DNA of 64,000 nt from Chloroflexota bacterium (lineage in GTDB: Bacteria > Chloroflexota > UBA11872 > VXOZ01): assembly GCA_965221905.1 (NCBI GenBank), contig OZ244922.1:3072001-3136000 (forward strand), given 5' to 3'. The stretch's first letter is position 1, and every line of letters starts with the position of its first letter. A model generated the notes under the pieces. That model was not told the origin of the DNA. It was given only the letters and a program-made list of their open reading frames with translations, and searched no databases. The translations under genes and the position numbers were made by a program. Positions 29,174-39,674 of this stretch are shown in pieces.

Positions 29174-29213
29174 AAGACCTTCGCTGCAAATCTAAAGGAA
29201 CTGCAACCTCACC

Positions 29214-30689
29214 GTGGTCAAGTGGTCATACACGCCCCAGGTACAGATCGTCGGGCGGGCGGCAAGAAATCCTGAAGCCATAACGGCTGGCATGGCGCGC
29301 ATCAGTCGCGACCCCACGCCCCTGCCGCAACTCATCAAGGAAGTACGCGACAATACCGCCCTGGCGCGTCAGCGCAACCAGCGGGTTGTCTATGAATACG
29401 GCCACAATAGCGTCGCGGAGCACGGCTGCTTCAGTGCCGCAATCTGGGACATTCCCCGTCTGCTTTCGTTGGAAATCGTGCGGCATCGTCTGGCGGCCTA
29501 TACCCAGCACAGCGGGCGATACATTCCTTTCGAAGAAGTGACGCGCCAGTTCTACTTGCCAAGAGCGTATCGCCGCGGCAAGGCCCGGCGCCTGGTTGAG
29601 GAGGCGGTAGGCGAAAGCTACGACGCGTACCGCACCATGTACGCGGGCTGCACCGCCTATCTTCTCGACAAATTTCCGCGCATGCGCGCTTCTTCTGCCG
29701 AACGCCGCGCCACCGAGGATGCACGCTACGTCTTGCCGCTGGCACAGACCACCCAGGTGGGTGTGACCACGAACGCCCGGGAATTCGCCCTTATGATGAC
29801 CCGGCTGCTCTCCTCACCGCTACCGGAATTTCGAGAAACCGGTGAGAAACTCTTTGCGCAGCTCCATCCCATCGCGCCCTCGCTCTTTCCGGAGAAGTAT
29901 ATCCACGCGCTACCGTTTCCCCAGAGCGGGTTGGATGCGGTTCATGCTACAGCCGCTGCGCTTGAAATTGGCTCGGCACAAACAGACCGCAACACATTAG
30001 ACGGCAGCCGATCGTCTGGAGCGAATGCGAGTGAAGCGGTGCAGCTCGTGCGCTTCGACCCGGACGGCGAGCGTCACCTGGCAGCGGCCCTGCTTTTTCG
30101 CTGCTCTCAGATGACGCTTACCGCTGCGCAACAAGCCGTGGCACGTCTGGATACCGACCAGGTAGGCCGACTAATTCGGTCCGCCTACCGTGGCTTGCAC
30201 GCTCACGACACGCTGCTGCGCGAGTTCGAACTCCTGCATTACCAGTTCGAATTGGTCATGTCAGAAGCCGCCTATCACCAATTCATACGCCATCGGATGA
30301 AATCCGAGGTCGCACAGGCTCACAGCCCCGCGCATGGGCGCACGCTGCCGCCGCTCGTCCGGAATGCCGGATTTTCGGACCTGTATCATCACACGCTTGA
30401 TCTCCTAGAGGAGACCTACAACGCCCTCGGCGGCAATGCCCGCGCCGAAATCCTGCTCGCCAACGGGCACAATCTCCGTATCCTGGCCGATCTCAATGCG
30501 CGCGAAATCGTGGAATTTTCACGTATTCGCAGCGACGGTCATGCGCAGTGGGACATTCGCAACATCTCCGACGCCATTGTCGCCGCGGTGACGCGCGTCC
30601 ATCCGCACGTCGGCTTGGCATGCGGCGGTCGCGACACCTTCAAGGACGGCACGGCCGCAGTACTGCCGGATATTGATTTTCCAACGTAG
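29214..30689 (+). CDS. thyX: FAD-dependent thymidylate synthase, tandem two-domain form
   Basis: GHNSVAEH, RHRLAAYTQHSGRY, EDARYVLP, NARE; a second copy with RHRM, NARE and HAQWDIR. Confidence 0.85.
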   Translation: MVKWSYTPQVQIVGRAARNPEAITAGMARISRDPTPLPQLIKEVRDNTALARQRNQRVVYEYGHNSVAEHGCFSAAIWDIPRLLSLEIVRHRLAAYTQHSGRYIPFEEVTRQFYLPRAYRRGKARRLVEEAVGESYDAYRTMYAGCTAYLLDKFPRMRASSAERRATEDARYVLPLAQTTQVGVTTNAREFALMMTRLLSSPLPEFRETGEKLFAQLHPIAPSLFPEKYIHALPFPQSGLDAVHATAAALEIGSAQTDRNTLDGSRSSGANASEAVQLVRFDPDGERHLAAALLFRCSQMTLTAAQQAVARLDTDQVGRLIRSAYRGLHAHDTLLREFELLHYQFELVMSEAAYHQFIRHRMKSEVAQAHSPAHGRTLPPLVRNAGFSDLYHHTLDLLEETYNALGGNARAEILLANGHNLRILADLNAREIVEFSRIRSDGHAQWDIRNISDAIVAAVTRVHPHVGLACGGRDTFKDGTAAVLPDIDFPT

Positions 30690-30878
30690 GCGCAACAACG
30701 ACCTCGAGGCCCGGAGATAAACTCTCAGGCCGCGCCAATCGGCAGTCGTACCTGCGCGCTCCCTGCAAGTTCCAATTAGGCTTCATTACCGCATTTGCCT
30801 ATAATGGAGGATACGGAATTATAACTACACGAGAGAGAAATCACCGGACCCCACAAACCAAGGAGTGGGCACACTACC

Positions 30879-31964
30879 ATGGCTACGCGAGCAAAGAAAT
30901 CCGAAGAGAACAGTGTAGAAGGACGCACTCAGGCATTGCAGGCCGCCATCGGCCAGATTGAGCGCCGCTATGGCAAGGGCTCAATCATGCGCATGGGCGA
31001 AGAAGTCGCGGTGCCTGTCGCCGTCGTTCCCACGGGTTCGCTCTCGCTAGACCTAGCATTGGGAGTGGGCGGCTTGCCCCGGGGTCGCGTCGTCGAAATC
31101 TACGGTAACGAGGGCAGTGGCAAGACAACCCTTGCCCAGCACGTAGTGGCTGAGGCACAGAAAGCCGGAGGAACCGCTGCTTTTGTGGATGCTGAGCACG
31201 CGTTTGACCCCACATATGGCGCCAAGTGCGGCTTGAACATAGAGGACTTGCTCGTTTCGCAGCCGGATAACGGCGAACAAGCGTTGGAAATCGCCGAAAT
31301 GCTGGTGCGCAGCAATGCCGTAGACGTAATCGTGATCGATTCCGTGGCCGCCTTGGTGCCGAAAGCCGAAATCGAAGGCGAGATGGGCGATGCCCACATG
31401 GGATTGCAGGCCCGGCTCATGTCCCAAGCGCTGCGCAAGCTCACGGCCGCCATCAGCCGCTCCCGCTGCGTCATCATCTTCATCAACCAAGTGCGCGAGA
31501 AGATTGGCGTGGTGTTTGGGAATCCGGAGACCACGCCGGGAGGCCGGGCACTCCGCTTCTACTGCTCGGTACGCATTGACGTGCGTCGGGTTGACTATGT
31601 GAAAATTGGGCAAGAACAGGTTGGCATTCGCGTACGCGCCAAGGTTGTCAAGAATAAAGTTGCGCCGCCCTTCAAGACCTGCGAATTCGACATCCTCTTT
31701 GACGAAGGCATCTCTAAGCTGGGCGACCTCATCGACCTCTCCACGGAATTCGGCATCGTGCGCAAGGCCGGCGCGCACTACTCCTATGGCGACACGCGCC
31801 TCGGCCTAGGACGCGAAAACGTCCGCAAGTTCCTCAAGGAAAATACCGACATCGCGGAGGAAATTGAGTTAGCCGTGCGTACCCACGCACAGGCAACTCT
31901 TGATGCCACCCCCGCAGGCGAAGTAGTCGAAGCGATGGCTGGGGCTGACACCGGAAAACCATGA
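30879..31964 (+). CDS. recA: Recombinase RecA
   Basis: [55 protein letters not shown]. Confidence 0.99.
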   Translation: MATRAKKSEENSVEGRTQALQAAIGQIERRYGKGSIMRMGEEVAVPVAVVPTGSLSLDLALGVGGLPRGRVVEIYGNEGSGKTTLAQHVVAEAQKAGGTAAFVDAEHAFDPTYGAKCGLNIEDLLVSQPDNGEQALEIAEMLVRSNAVDVIVIDSVAALVPKAEIEGEMGDAHMGLQARLMSQALRKLTAAISRSRCVIIFINQVREKIGVVFGNPETTPGGRALRFYCSVRIDVRRVDYVKIGQEQVGIRVRAKVVKNKVAPPFKTCEFDILFDEGISKLGDLIDLSTEFGIVRKAGAHYSYGDTRLGLGRENVRKFLKENTDIAEEIELAVRTHAQATLDATPAGEVVEAMAGADTGKP

Positions 31965-33346
31965 ATCGACGCTACTTCATCACACTGGCAGTCATCGTTG
32001 TCTTCGTCGTATTTTCCGGTTATGTCAATTGGCCTGACAATCCCGGGCTAAATCTCGGCTTTGGCAATACACGTCTTGTGCGCGAACTCCGCTACCACCT
32101 GGGGTTGGATCTCCGGGGCGGCCTTCACGTGGTGCTGCGCGCCACCCCCGGGGAAGACCAAGAGATCACGTCCGATCACATGGAAGCCACACGCGACATC
32201 ATCGCTGAGCGCGTGAATGCCCTGGGCGTTTCGGAGCCCATCGTGCAACTGGAAGGTACGGACCGTATCATCGTGGAGCTACCCGGAGTCGAGAATCCGG
32301 ATGAAGCCATCGCGCTCTTTCGCGAAACCGGTGAGCTTGCCTTCGTCGACCTCGGTGCGAGTTCCGTGCCGCCGGTACCGGTCGGCGGGCTCGTGGAAGG
32401 CGAACAGTACCGCAGGCTCTTCACTGGCGCCATGGTCAAGTCCGCCGAAGTCGGCTTCGATGAGCGCAGCCTGCCGCAGATCACTTTCGAACTCAAGGAC
32501 GAAGGCGCGGTAGTTTTCGAAGAGTTTACGTCCCAGAACATCTGTGTGCGTATCGACGGCGCGCCGTGCACCTGGCTGGGCATCACCCTCGATGATATCC
32601 TGATTTCTGCCGCCACGATTTCGAGCACGATCTCTAACCGCGGCCGGATTACGGGAAGCTTTACGCTGGAAGAGGTCCGGGAAATCGTCATCAAGCTCAA
32701 GTATGGTGCGTTGCCTGTGCCGTTGGAAATTGCGCAAAACCGCACCGTTGGCCCCACGTTGGGTAAAGATTCAGTCGACCGCAGCCTGCGGGCCGGTATT
32801 ATCGGCCTGGCCCTCGTTGCCGTTTTCATGCTCATCTACTATCGGCTGCCCGGTGTGGTTGCAACCGTGGCTTTGATAATCTACGCGCTCCTGGTACTTG
32901 GCATCTTCAAGCTGTGGCCGGTGGTGCTTACACTGGCGGGCATTGCCGGCTTCATTCTCTCCGTGGGCATGGCCGTGGATGCGAATATCTTGATTTTCGA
33001 ACGCCTAAAGGAAGAATTGCGCCGGGGCCGGACTCTGCGTTCCGCCTTGGACGTCGGGTTCGAGCGCGCGTGGACCTCGATTCGCGATTCCAACATTTCC
33101 ACCTTGATCACTTGCGCAGTGCTGTTCTATTTCGGTTCGGGCATTGTGCGCGGTTTTGCCATAACACTTGCAATAGGCGTCATCATTAGCATGTTCACGG
33201 CGATTACGGTTACGCGCACGTTCCTCTACTTCGTGGTGCGCCTCCCGAAATTGCGTGAACATCAGTGGCTCTATGGTGTAGGGCAGCCACAGGAAGAAAA
33301 CGCTACGCCTCGCCAAACGCCGCCGCAGCAAGCAACGGAGCCATAA
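31961..33346 (+). CDS. secD: Protein translocase subunit SecD
   Basis: [43 protein letters not shown]. Confidence 0.97.
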   Translation: MNRRYFITLAVIVVFVVFSGYVNWPDNPGLNLGFGNTRLVRELRYHLGLDLRGGLHVVLRATPGEDQEITSDHMEATRDIIAERVNALGVSEPIVQLEGTDRIIVELPGVENPDEAIALFRETGELAFVDLGASSVPPVPVGGLVEGEQYRRLFTGAMVKSAEVGFDERSLPQITFELKDEGAVVFEEFTSQNICVRIDGAPCTWLGITLDDILISAATISSTISNRGRITGSFTLEEVREIVIKLKYGALPVPLEIAQNRTVGPTLGKDSVDRSLRAGIIGLALVAVFMLIYYRLPGVVATVALIIYALLVLGIFKLWPVVLTLAGIAGFILSVGMAVDANILIFERLKEELRRGRTLRSALDVGFERAWTSIRDSNISTLITCAVLFYFGSGIVRGFAITLAIGVIISMFTAITVTRTFLYFVVRLPKLREHQWLYGVGQPQEENATPRQTPPQQATEP

Positions 33347-33360
33347 GTAGTGACTTCGAC

Positions 33361-34848
33361 ATGCCGCTAGAAACCCGTCCTGTCGACTCCGTTCGCGGAA
33401 TGCTGGACCTTAACGCCGGGCAGGCCCACGCGCAGGCTCAGCTACGCCAGTCCCTGCTTGACACATTTCAGCTTGCGAGCTATATCCCAATTGACGTGCC
33501 GCTCGTCGAGCAGGCCGACCTCTACTTACGCAAATCAGGCGCCGAGATTATCTCGAAGATGTATACATTCGAGGACTTCGGCGGGCGTCGTCTTGCATTG
33601 CGTCCGGAATTCACGGCCTCCATCGTCCGCTACTATCTGAGCAACGACCAGAATGCGCCGTTTCCGCTGCGCTATGCCTACGCCGGGCCGGTCTTCCGCT
33701 ATGAGAAGCCGCAGCGCGGCCGCTTTCGGCAGTTTTCAATGGCCGGCGTAGAGTTGCTCGGCAGCGACGGACCGTCCGCAGACGCTGAAGTGATTGCACT
33801 AGCGTGTTGGACGCTCAAACGGCTGGGGATCGACCGCTACCGGCTCGTCATTGGGCACGTTGGCATCCTCTTGGAATTGCTCGGCAGCCTGGGACTCTCA
33901 ACACGCCTGCGGCACTTCTTGCTCGACAGCATGGAAGACGTAGGCAGACCGGGACGCGGTCTATCGTACGTGCGCAAACGGCTGGCAGAAATACACCCCA
34001 CCCAACACGCCGACACTCCACCCATAGACGACCTGCCGGGCTCCGAGGCGCAAGCACGCGCTTCGCTGCGGGCTTCATTGCGGGAGATGGGCATCGAGTT
34101 GCACGGCAGCCGCACGGAAGAGGCTATTATAGGCCGCATGTTTCGGAAGCAGCGTGCCTCCGATGAAGACGAGCGGGTGGAACGAGCCTTCGCGTTTATC
34201 CACGGCCTGCACGGCCTGACGGGAGCGCCGCTGGAGGTGCTGGAACGCGCGCGCACGTTCCTAGCGGAGTACGGCCTGGGCGATCAGCCCCTCAGCCGCC
34301 TCGCTGAGGTGGTGGCGGCGCTTGACGCCTATGGCATCGCAGAATCGCAGGTGCAAGTACAGCTCGCCCTCGGACGCGGTCTCCACTATTACACCGACGT
34401 GGTTTTCGAGCTGTACGATGAAGTCGGGCAGAGCCAGTTGTGCGGCGGCGGCCGCTATAACGAATTGGTGCAGTCGCTCGGCGGGCGCACCTCCGTGCCG
34501 GCAGTGGGCTTTGCTATTGGGCTGGAGCGCATTCGTTTGGCGTTAGAGCATCAAGGGGCCGCACTGCCTGCCCCGCCACAGCCACAGGTGCTCGTGGCGG
34601 CAGCATCGCCAGATGCCGCACACGCCAGTATGCGGACCGCGCAGAAGCTCCGCGAGCACGGCATCCGAGCGGAATACGATCTGCGGCAACGCTCCGCGCG
34701 CGCGCAAGTCGGCTACGCCAGCCGGAGAGAGATTCCTTACCTCTTGCTGGTTGAAGACCGCACTGAGAATTTACTCTTCCACAATCTGGCAGAGGGCACC
34801 GCAGAGTCATTGTCTCTAAGCGAAGTGGTGCAGGTGCTCAATGGCTGA
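33361..34848 (+). CDS. hisS: Histidine--tRNA ligase or HisZ-like paralogue
   Basis: LRPEFTAS, FRYEKPQRGRFRQF, RGLHYY, GGGRYNEL, GFAIGLERI and a C-terminal anticodon-binding-like domain; overlaps hisG start, so a HisZ role is possible. Confidence 0.65.
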   Translation: MPLETRPVDSVRGMLDLNAGQAHAQAQLRQSLLDTFQLASYIPIDVPLVEQADLYLRKSGAEIISKMYTFEDFGGRRLALRPEFTASIVRYYLSNDQNAPFPLRYAYAGPVFRYEKPQRGRFRQFSMAGVELLGSDGPSADAEVIALACWTLKRLGIDRYRLVIGHVGILLELLGSLGLSTRLRHFLLDSMEDVGRPGRGLSYVRKRLAEIHPTQHADTPPIDDLPGSEAQARASLRASLREMGIELHGSRTEEAIIGRMFRKQRASDEDERVERAFAFIHGLHGLTGAPLEVLERARTFLAEYGLGDQPLSRLAEVVAALDAYGIAESQVQVQLALGRGLHYYTDVVFELYDEVGQSQLCGGGRYNELVQSLGGRTSVPAVGFAIGLERIRLALEHQGAALPAPPQPQVLVAAASPDAAHASMRTAQKLREHGIRAEYDLRQRSARAQVGYASRREIPYLLLVEDRTENLLFHNLAEGTAESLSLSEVVQVLNG

Positions 34849-35857
34849 AGCGCTGCGTTTCCTCGTGCCAAGCAAGGGCCGCATCGGGGAGCAGACCCTC
34901 AATTTCCTTAACGAGTGCGGCCTTCGCGTCGCGCGCCCTAATTCACGCGCTTACCAGGCCACCCTCCCGGCCATACCCAATGTCACCGTACTGTTTCAGC
35001 GCGCGTGGCAAATGGTCGAGCAAATACGCAACGGCGATGCCGACGCCGGCATTACAGGCTTTGACATTCTGTCTGAAATGCGACAGGAAGGTGACAATCT
35101 CGTCGTCGTGGCAGAGGATCTCGGCTACTCCCAAGGACGGCTCGCCATCGCTGTGCCCGAGGAGTGGATTGATGTCCGTACGCTGACCGACCTTGCCGAA
35201 GTGGCGCTTGAATTCCGGGAAAGAGGGCGCGTGCTGCGCATTGCTACCACGTTTCCTGCACTGACTCGCCAATTCCTCTTTCAGCAAGGTATTACCTACT
35301 TCCAAGTCGTGCAGGCCGAGGGCGGTCTGGAGGCAGCGCCCACGCTGGGCTACGCCGACATTATTGTCGACTTGGTTTCCACCGGCGCGACTCTCAAAGA
35401 CAACCGGCTCAAGATGATCGAATACGGTGTCATCCTGCGCACCCAGGCGTGCTTGATCGGCAATCGCGAGCGGCTGCGCGCGAGTGGGGACAAACGGCGG
35501 GCACTTCAGCAAATCCTGGAATTCATTGAGGCATCCCAACACGCCGCGCCGTATTCCACGCTAACCGCAAACATGCAAGGAGAGTCCGCAGAAGAGATCG
35601 TCACCACGCTGGCGGCATATCCGGAAGTAGGCGGCTTACTCGGCCCAACCGTGGCGCGTGTGTTCGCAAGAGATGAGCAGGAAGGCTCGTACTTCGCCGT
35701 AACCGTACAGGTAAAGTCGCAAGACTTGCTCTCCGCAGTGGCGAGCTTCCGGCGGGCAGGCTGTCTCAGTGTCTCTGTTACGGCGCCGCGCTATATTTTT
35801 GCGCGAGAATGCAGCCTCTACCGCCAGCTCCTCAAGACCCTGAAACTTGAAGAATAG
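34841..35857 (+). CDS. hisG: ATP phosphoribosyltransferase, long form
   Basis: VPSKGR, DAGITGFD, RIATTFP, EAAPTLGYADIIVDLVSTGATLKDNRL, C-terminal domain with GPTV. Confidence 0.95.
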   Translation: MAEALRFLVPSKGRIGEQTLNFLNECGLRVARPNSRAYQATLPAIPNVTVLFQRAWQMVEQIRNGDADAGITGFDILSEMRQEGDNLVVVAEDLGYSQGRLAIAVPEEWIDVRTLTDLAEVALEFRERGRVLRIATTFPALTRQFLFQQGITYFQVVQAEGGLEAAPTLGYADIIVDLVSTGATLKDNRLKMIEYGVILRTQACLIGNRERLRASGDKRRALQQILEFIEASQHAAPYSTLTANMQGESAEEIVTTLAAYPEVGGLLGPTVARVFARDEQEGSYFAVTVQVKSQDLLSAVASFRRAGCLSVSVTAPRYIFARECSLYRQLLKTLKLEE

Positions 35858-36087
35858 GTGTTAAATCGGTTCTTGGAATGCGAATATGAGTATGCTAATC
35901 GTTTCGAACAACAGCTATGAATGCGAAAGCGTTGTGCAAGAATTACGCGGGAAATGCGCAATCAAGTTGGCAGTTGCCAATAGTAAGCGCGGAGCGAAAT
36001 CAGTCATTCCCGCAAAAGCAGCGTGTGAAATCAAGACGGACAATGGGGTTTTCGGTAGGTAATTACTATGAGTGAGCGCGACAGGAT

Positions 36088-36121
36088 ATCCGTCATTCCC
36101 GCGAAAGCGGGAATCCATCTT
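36088..36121 (+). repeat. GTCATTCC-N-GGAATCCA REP-like hairpin (partial copy also at ~36003)
   Basis: ATCCGTCATTCCCGCGAAAGCGGGAATCCATCTT. Confidence 0.85.
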
Positions 36122-36253
36122 CGACGTAGCCGCCCTACGCCCGCCTTTACGGTTGTTAAGGCGGGAAGACCAACTGTTCCGATTGGCGTCATTTCCCCGC
36201 CTGTACGTGACCTAGCAACGATTTTGTTCATGCAAATGAGGTAGTCGCACTCC

Positions 36254-37147
36254 ATGTTTAACATTGTTGGTCGCAGAAAGTGGGCCTATATAGCTTCGGC
36301 CGTGATACTGGTGCCGAGCATTCTTTCGCTCCTCATCTTCCAGTTGCAGCTAGGCATAGACTTTTCGGGCGGTACGATTTATGAACTGCGCTTCGATGCC
36401 ACGCCGCCCACGGAGGAAATCAAGCTCACTTACCTGAATCTCGACCTTGGCGAACCGCTGGTGCAGGCGACGGGGGAGGGTTCGGTCATCATCCGCTCGA
36501 AGGAGCTTGCGCTAGAGAACAAGCAAGCGGTGCGCGCTGCGCTGGAGGAAGCCCACGGCCAAGCTGAGGAGCTTCGCTTTGAAGCAGTGGGGCCGGTAAT
36601 CGCTCGCGAGCTAACGCAGAGAGCAATTCTTGCAGTGTTAGTAGCGTCCGTCGCCATCCTCATATACATCACGTGGGCGTTCCGCCACGTACCGCAGCCC
36701 TTCCGCTACGGGGTCTGTGCGATTTGCGCGCTTGTGCACGACGTATTGGTCGTGCTGGGTGTCTTTTCCGTGCTCGGCGTGTTGGTTGACAAAGAAATCG
36801 ATTCCATGTTCATTACGGCGATTCTCACCGCAATCGGCTACTCGGTTCACGATACTATCGTGGTCTTCGACCGCGTGCGTGAGAATCGTTCAAAATACTC
36901 CCACGCGCCGCTTCCCATAGTCGTGAATTTCAGCGTCAACCAGACGATTGACCGCTCCCTCAATACGTCTATTACGTTGCTGATAACGCTCTTTGCCCTC
37001 TATCTCTTTGGCGGCCTGGCAATCAAGGACTTCGTCCTGGCGCTCTTGATCGGCGCGGCGACCGGCACCTATTCCTCGATCTTCATCGCCTCGAGCCTGT
37101 TGGTCGATTGGGATGTCTTTTCTCGACGCCGGGTTGAGGCGTCGTAA
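36254..37147 (+). CDS. secF: Protein translocase subunit SecF
   Basis: LGIDFSGGT, VGPVI, ALVHDV, IGYSVHDTIVVFDRVREN, GTYSSIFIA. Confidence 0.97.
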   Translation: MFNIVGRRKWAYIASAVILVPSILSLLIFQLQLGIDFSGGTIYELRFDATPPTEEIKLTYLNLDLGEPLVQATGEGSVIIRSKELALENKQAVRAALEEAHGQAEELRFEAVGPVIARELTQRAILAVLVASVAILIYITWAFRHVPQPFRYGVCAICALVHDVLVVLGVFSVLGVLVDKEIDSMFITAILTAIGYSVHDTIVVFDRVRENRSKYSHAPLPIVVNFSVNQTIDRSLNTSITLLITLFALYLFGGLAIKDFVLALLIGAATGTYSSIFIASSLLVDWDVFSRRRVEAS

Positions 37148-37265
37148 GCAGGGCAAGCCTTTCTCATTTCGCTGGCGGCGGTTGACCACAAGCGCGGCCA
37201 TGCGCCCCCTTTTGGGAGGCACTTGCAGGACCTGGTGGGAGGTGCAGAATCCCCTCTCCATTGAG

Positions 37266-37484
37266 AAGACCTTTGCATAGCCCTTGCCAAGGCGAGAAAG
37301 TCCCCTCTCCCGGCGGGAGAGGGTTAGGGTGAGGGGGATTCCCAGCAATCCGGGCCATTTTTACCGATTTTGCACACTTACGTATAGGTCTTAGAGGTAG
37401 AAAGGACAGAATAAGCAGGAATCCCCTCACCCCATGGAGAGGGGATAATTCTTGCGCCGCTGGCCGAAGTTACGCAAAGGTCTC
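37266..37484. mobile_element. MITE-like element, 219 bp, inserted in the loop of a REP hairpin
   Basis: Ends AAGACCTTTGCATAGC / GTTACGCAAAGGTCTC; exact 6-bp duplication ATTGAG at 37260-37265 and 37485-37490; flanks CCCTCTCC and GGAGAGGG re-form a hairpin when it is removed. Confidence 0.75.
37301..37336 (+). repeat. CCCTCTCC-N-GGAGAGGG REP-like hairpin inside the MITE
   Basis: TCCCCTCTCCCGGCGGGAGAGGGTTAGGGTGAGGGG. Confidence 0.7.
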
Positions 37485-37664
37485 ATTGAGGGAGAGGGCC
37501 GGAGCCTGCCCCGTACTTGATACGGGGGCGACGGTGAATACTAACCAATACAGCCCAATGCCGGTTCCCCTAGCGAGTTACACGGAAGTCTCCTTGAACG
37601 ATGAAGCTTGGGATGAGAGTGATAAAGGCTTGACGGCGAGCTAAGGAAAATTGCCCTTACACCT

Positions 37665-37693
37665 CTGGATTCCGGCTTTCGCCGGAATGACGG
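37665..37693 (-). repeat. GTCATTCC-N-GGAATCCA REP-like hairpin
   Basis: CTGGATTCCGGCTTTCGCCGGAATGACGG. Confidence 0.75.
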
Positions 37694-37739
37694 AGTCATT
37701 CCGATATCTGCAAAAGGGGAGACTGTCTTAACACTGCCG

Positions 37740-38870
37740 CTAGGGTACTGCTATTCGCGGCAGCGCCGGGTTGATGCGGCTCACGATTTCGTAGTTGATG
37801 GTGCCGACGTGGGTGGCAATGTGCTCCGCCGGCATTTCGGTCCCAAGCAACGTCACCTCGTATCCCACCTGGACTCCCGGGATATCGGTCACGTCAATCA
37901 TTGTCATATTCATCATTACGCGACCGACGATGGGGGCGTGTCTGTGGCGAATCACGACTTCTCCCTGGTTTGAGAGCTTGCGATCATAGCCGTCTGAATA
38001 TCCAATCGGGATAACTGCTATCACGGAGTCTCGCCGCGTGCGATGGGTACGACCGTATCCCACTGTCTCGCCCCGGGCAACGTGCTGCACGTGCACGATG
38101 CGAGTCTTCCATTGCATGACCGGTCGGAGCGTAAGCGGGCGCTCGGCGCGTTCAGTCATTGCGATTTGCGTATCCAGCGAAGGCCACAGCCCGTAGAGGC
38201 CGATGCCGAAGCGCACCAAGCTGCCATGAGCGGCGGGTGCCACCATCGCCGCCGCCGTTGCCGCCATGTGCTGGTACGGCACGTCCATTCCGGCTCGTTC
38301 TAGAGCGGCCTGCACTTCCGCGAACCGGCTGCGTTGCAATTGAAAATACGAATCATCAACCGTATCCTCCGCCGTGGCAAAGTGGGTGTATATGCCTTCA
38401 ACTTGAAGGTGCGGCAACGACCCTGCGTATCGCAGAAATGCCATTGCCTCCCGATACGCTACCCCAAGCCGGTACGTACCCGTTTCGATCTTAACATGTA
38501 TGACGGCGGTGGCGTTCTGCGCCGCCGCTTGCCTTGCCAGGCACTCGGCGGACGCCTGATCGTACACTACTTGCCGAAACCCGTGCCGCACCACCTCATC
38601 GGCACGGCTATGGGGGGTGAAGCCCATAATCAGGATCGGCAGCGTAATGCCGTCGGTGTACAGCGCCAACGCTTCATCCAGCGTATTGACGCCGAGCCAA
38701 TCGACGTGATCGGCGATGCTGCGAGCCACCACGTGCAGACCATGGCCGTATGCGTTTGCCTTGACGACCGCCAGCAGGGAAGTTCCCGGCGCTAGTCGCT
38801 CTTTGAGAATGGCGATGTTGTGTTGCAGCGCGCCCCGGCTAATCTCGATCCAGGATACGGCATCCTTCAT
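37740..38870 (-). CDS. alr: Alanine racemase
   Basis: AVVKANAYGHG, HVKIETG, GIYTHFA, VRFGIGLYG, IGYSDGY, GTINYEI. Confidence 0.97.
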   Translation of the reverse strand: MKDAVSWIEISRGALQHNIAILKERLAPGTSLLAVVKANAYGHGLHVVARSIADHVDWLGVNTLDEALALYTDGITLPILIMGFTPHSRADEVVRHGFRQVVYDQASAECLARQAAAQNATAVIHVKIETGTYRLGVAYREAMAFLRYAGSLPHLQVEGIYTHFATAEDTVDDSYFQLQRSRFAEVQAALERAGMDVPYQHMAATAAAMVAPAAHGSLVRFGIGLYGLWPSLDTQIAMTERAERPLTLRPVMQWKTRIVHVQHVARGETVGYGRTHRTRRDSVIAVIPIGYSDGYDRKLSNQGEVVIRHRHAPIVGRVMMNMTMIDVTDIPGVQVGYEVTLLGTEMPAEHIATHVGTINYEIVSRINPALPRIAVP

Positions 38871-38885
38871 GTGTCCGAAGCGCCT

Positions 38886-39674
38886 TTAGGCTCGTACGCC
38901 GCTGAGCACAATCTCATGGCGGGTTAAGTGCAGGTCATCGCCCACCGGCGTTGCGGAAAGTCCGCCCCGGTCGTCCTCAACCGATTCCCAGAGCATTTTC
39001 CTGACGATCTCGCGGTTCTCATCTGAGGTATTGGCCGTTTCGAGCCACTCGCTGGCCATCACTTCCCGTTCTAAGAGACGCCCGTCATCCACAGGACAGC
39101 CAATGTCCGCCATCATTTGGCGCAACTGACTTTCACTGAACGCCTGCACGTGCGAGTGTCCGCGCAATCGCTCCATGCGATTGAAGTATGCCGCCTTCCG
39201 GGCATCCTCCGGCATCCCGAACTCGCCGATAATCAGCCGTCCGCCCGGCGCAAGCACACGCCCCATTTCTTGCATAGCGGGAATGGCGTGCGTAAAATGA
39301 TGGACGCTAAAACGGCAGGTTACGATGCTGAACATACCGTCGGGAAACGGCAATTGTGAGGCATCAGCGGCAGCCAAAGCGATCTGCCCTCCGTTGGTCT
39401 CCGCACCGTCGGCCTCTCTCTGCTCCACAGCACGGGCGAGCATGGCGGCTGTGAAATCCACGCCAATGACGAAACCGCTTCCTGTGATTTCCGCGGCCAG
39501 TGCAAATGCCACCAGACCGGTGCCGGTTGCGACGTCGAGCGCCTTCGCATTTGGGCCGGGAGCGGCCATGGCTACCATCGCCTCCACCGTATCGCCCTGC
39601 CCGCCTGTGTAACTTGCCGCGCGCTCCGTGAAATGCTGCCGTACATCCTGGTCCGACGGTGCTTGCTCGCTCAT
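38886..39674 (-). CDS. Class I SAM-dependent methyltransferase (UbiE-like)
   Basis: ALDVATGTG, GVDFTAAML, LPFPDGMF, RVLAPGG; AAGGAG before ATG 39674. Confidence 0.88.
   Translation of the reverse strand: MSEQAPSDQDVRQHFTERAASYTGGQGDTVEAMVAMAAPGPNAKALDVATGTGLVAFALAAEITGSGFVIGVDFTAAMLARAVEQREADGAETNGGQIALAAADASQLPFPDGMFSIVTCRFSVHHFTHAIPAMQEMGRVLAPGGRLIIGEFGMPEDARKAAYFNRMERLRGHSHVQAFSESQLRQMMADIGCPVDDGRLLEREVMASEWLETANTSDENREIVRKMLWESVEDDRGGLSATPVGDDLHLTRHEIVLSGVRA

Noticed and set aside
30690-30878. LexA/SOS box upstream of recA (also checked between mutY and the radical SAM gene)
   Set aside because: No GAAC-N4-GTTC or CTG-N10-CAG match seen; only a TATAAT at 30800.
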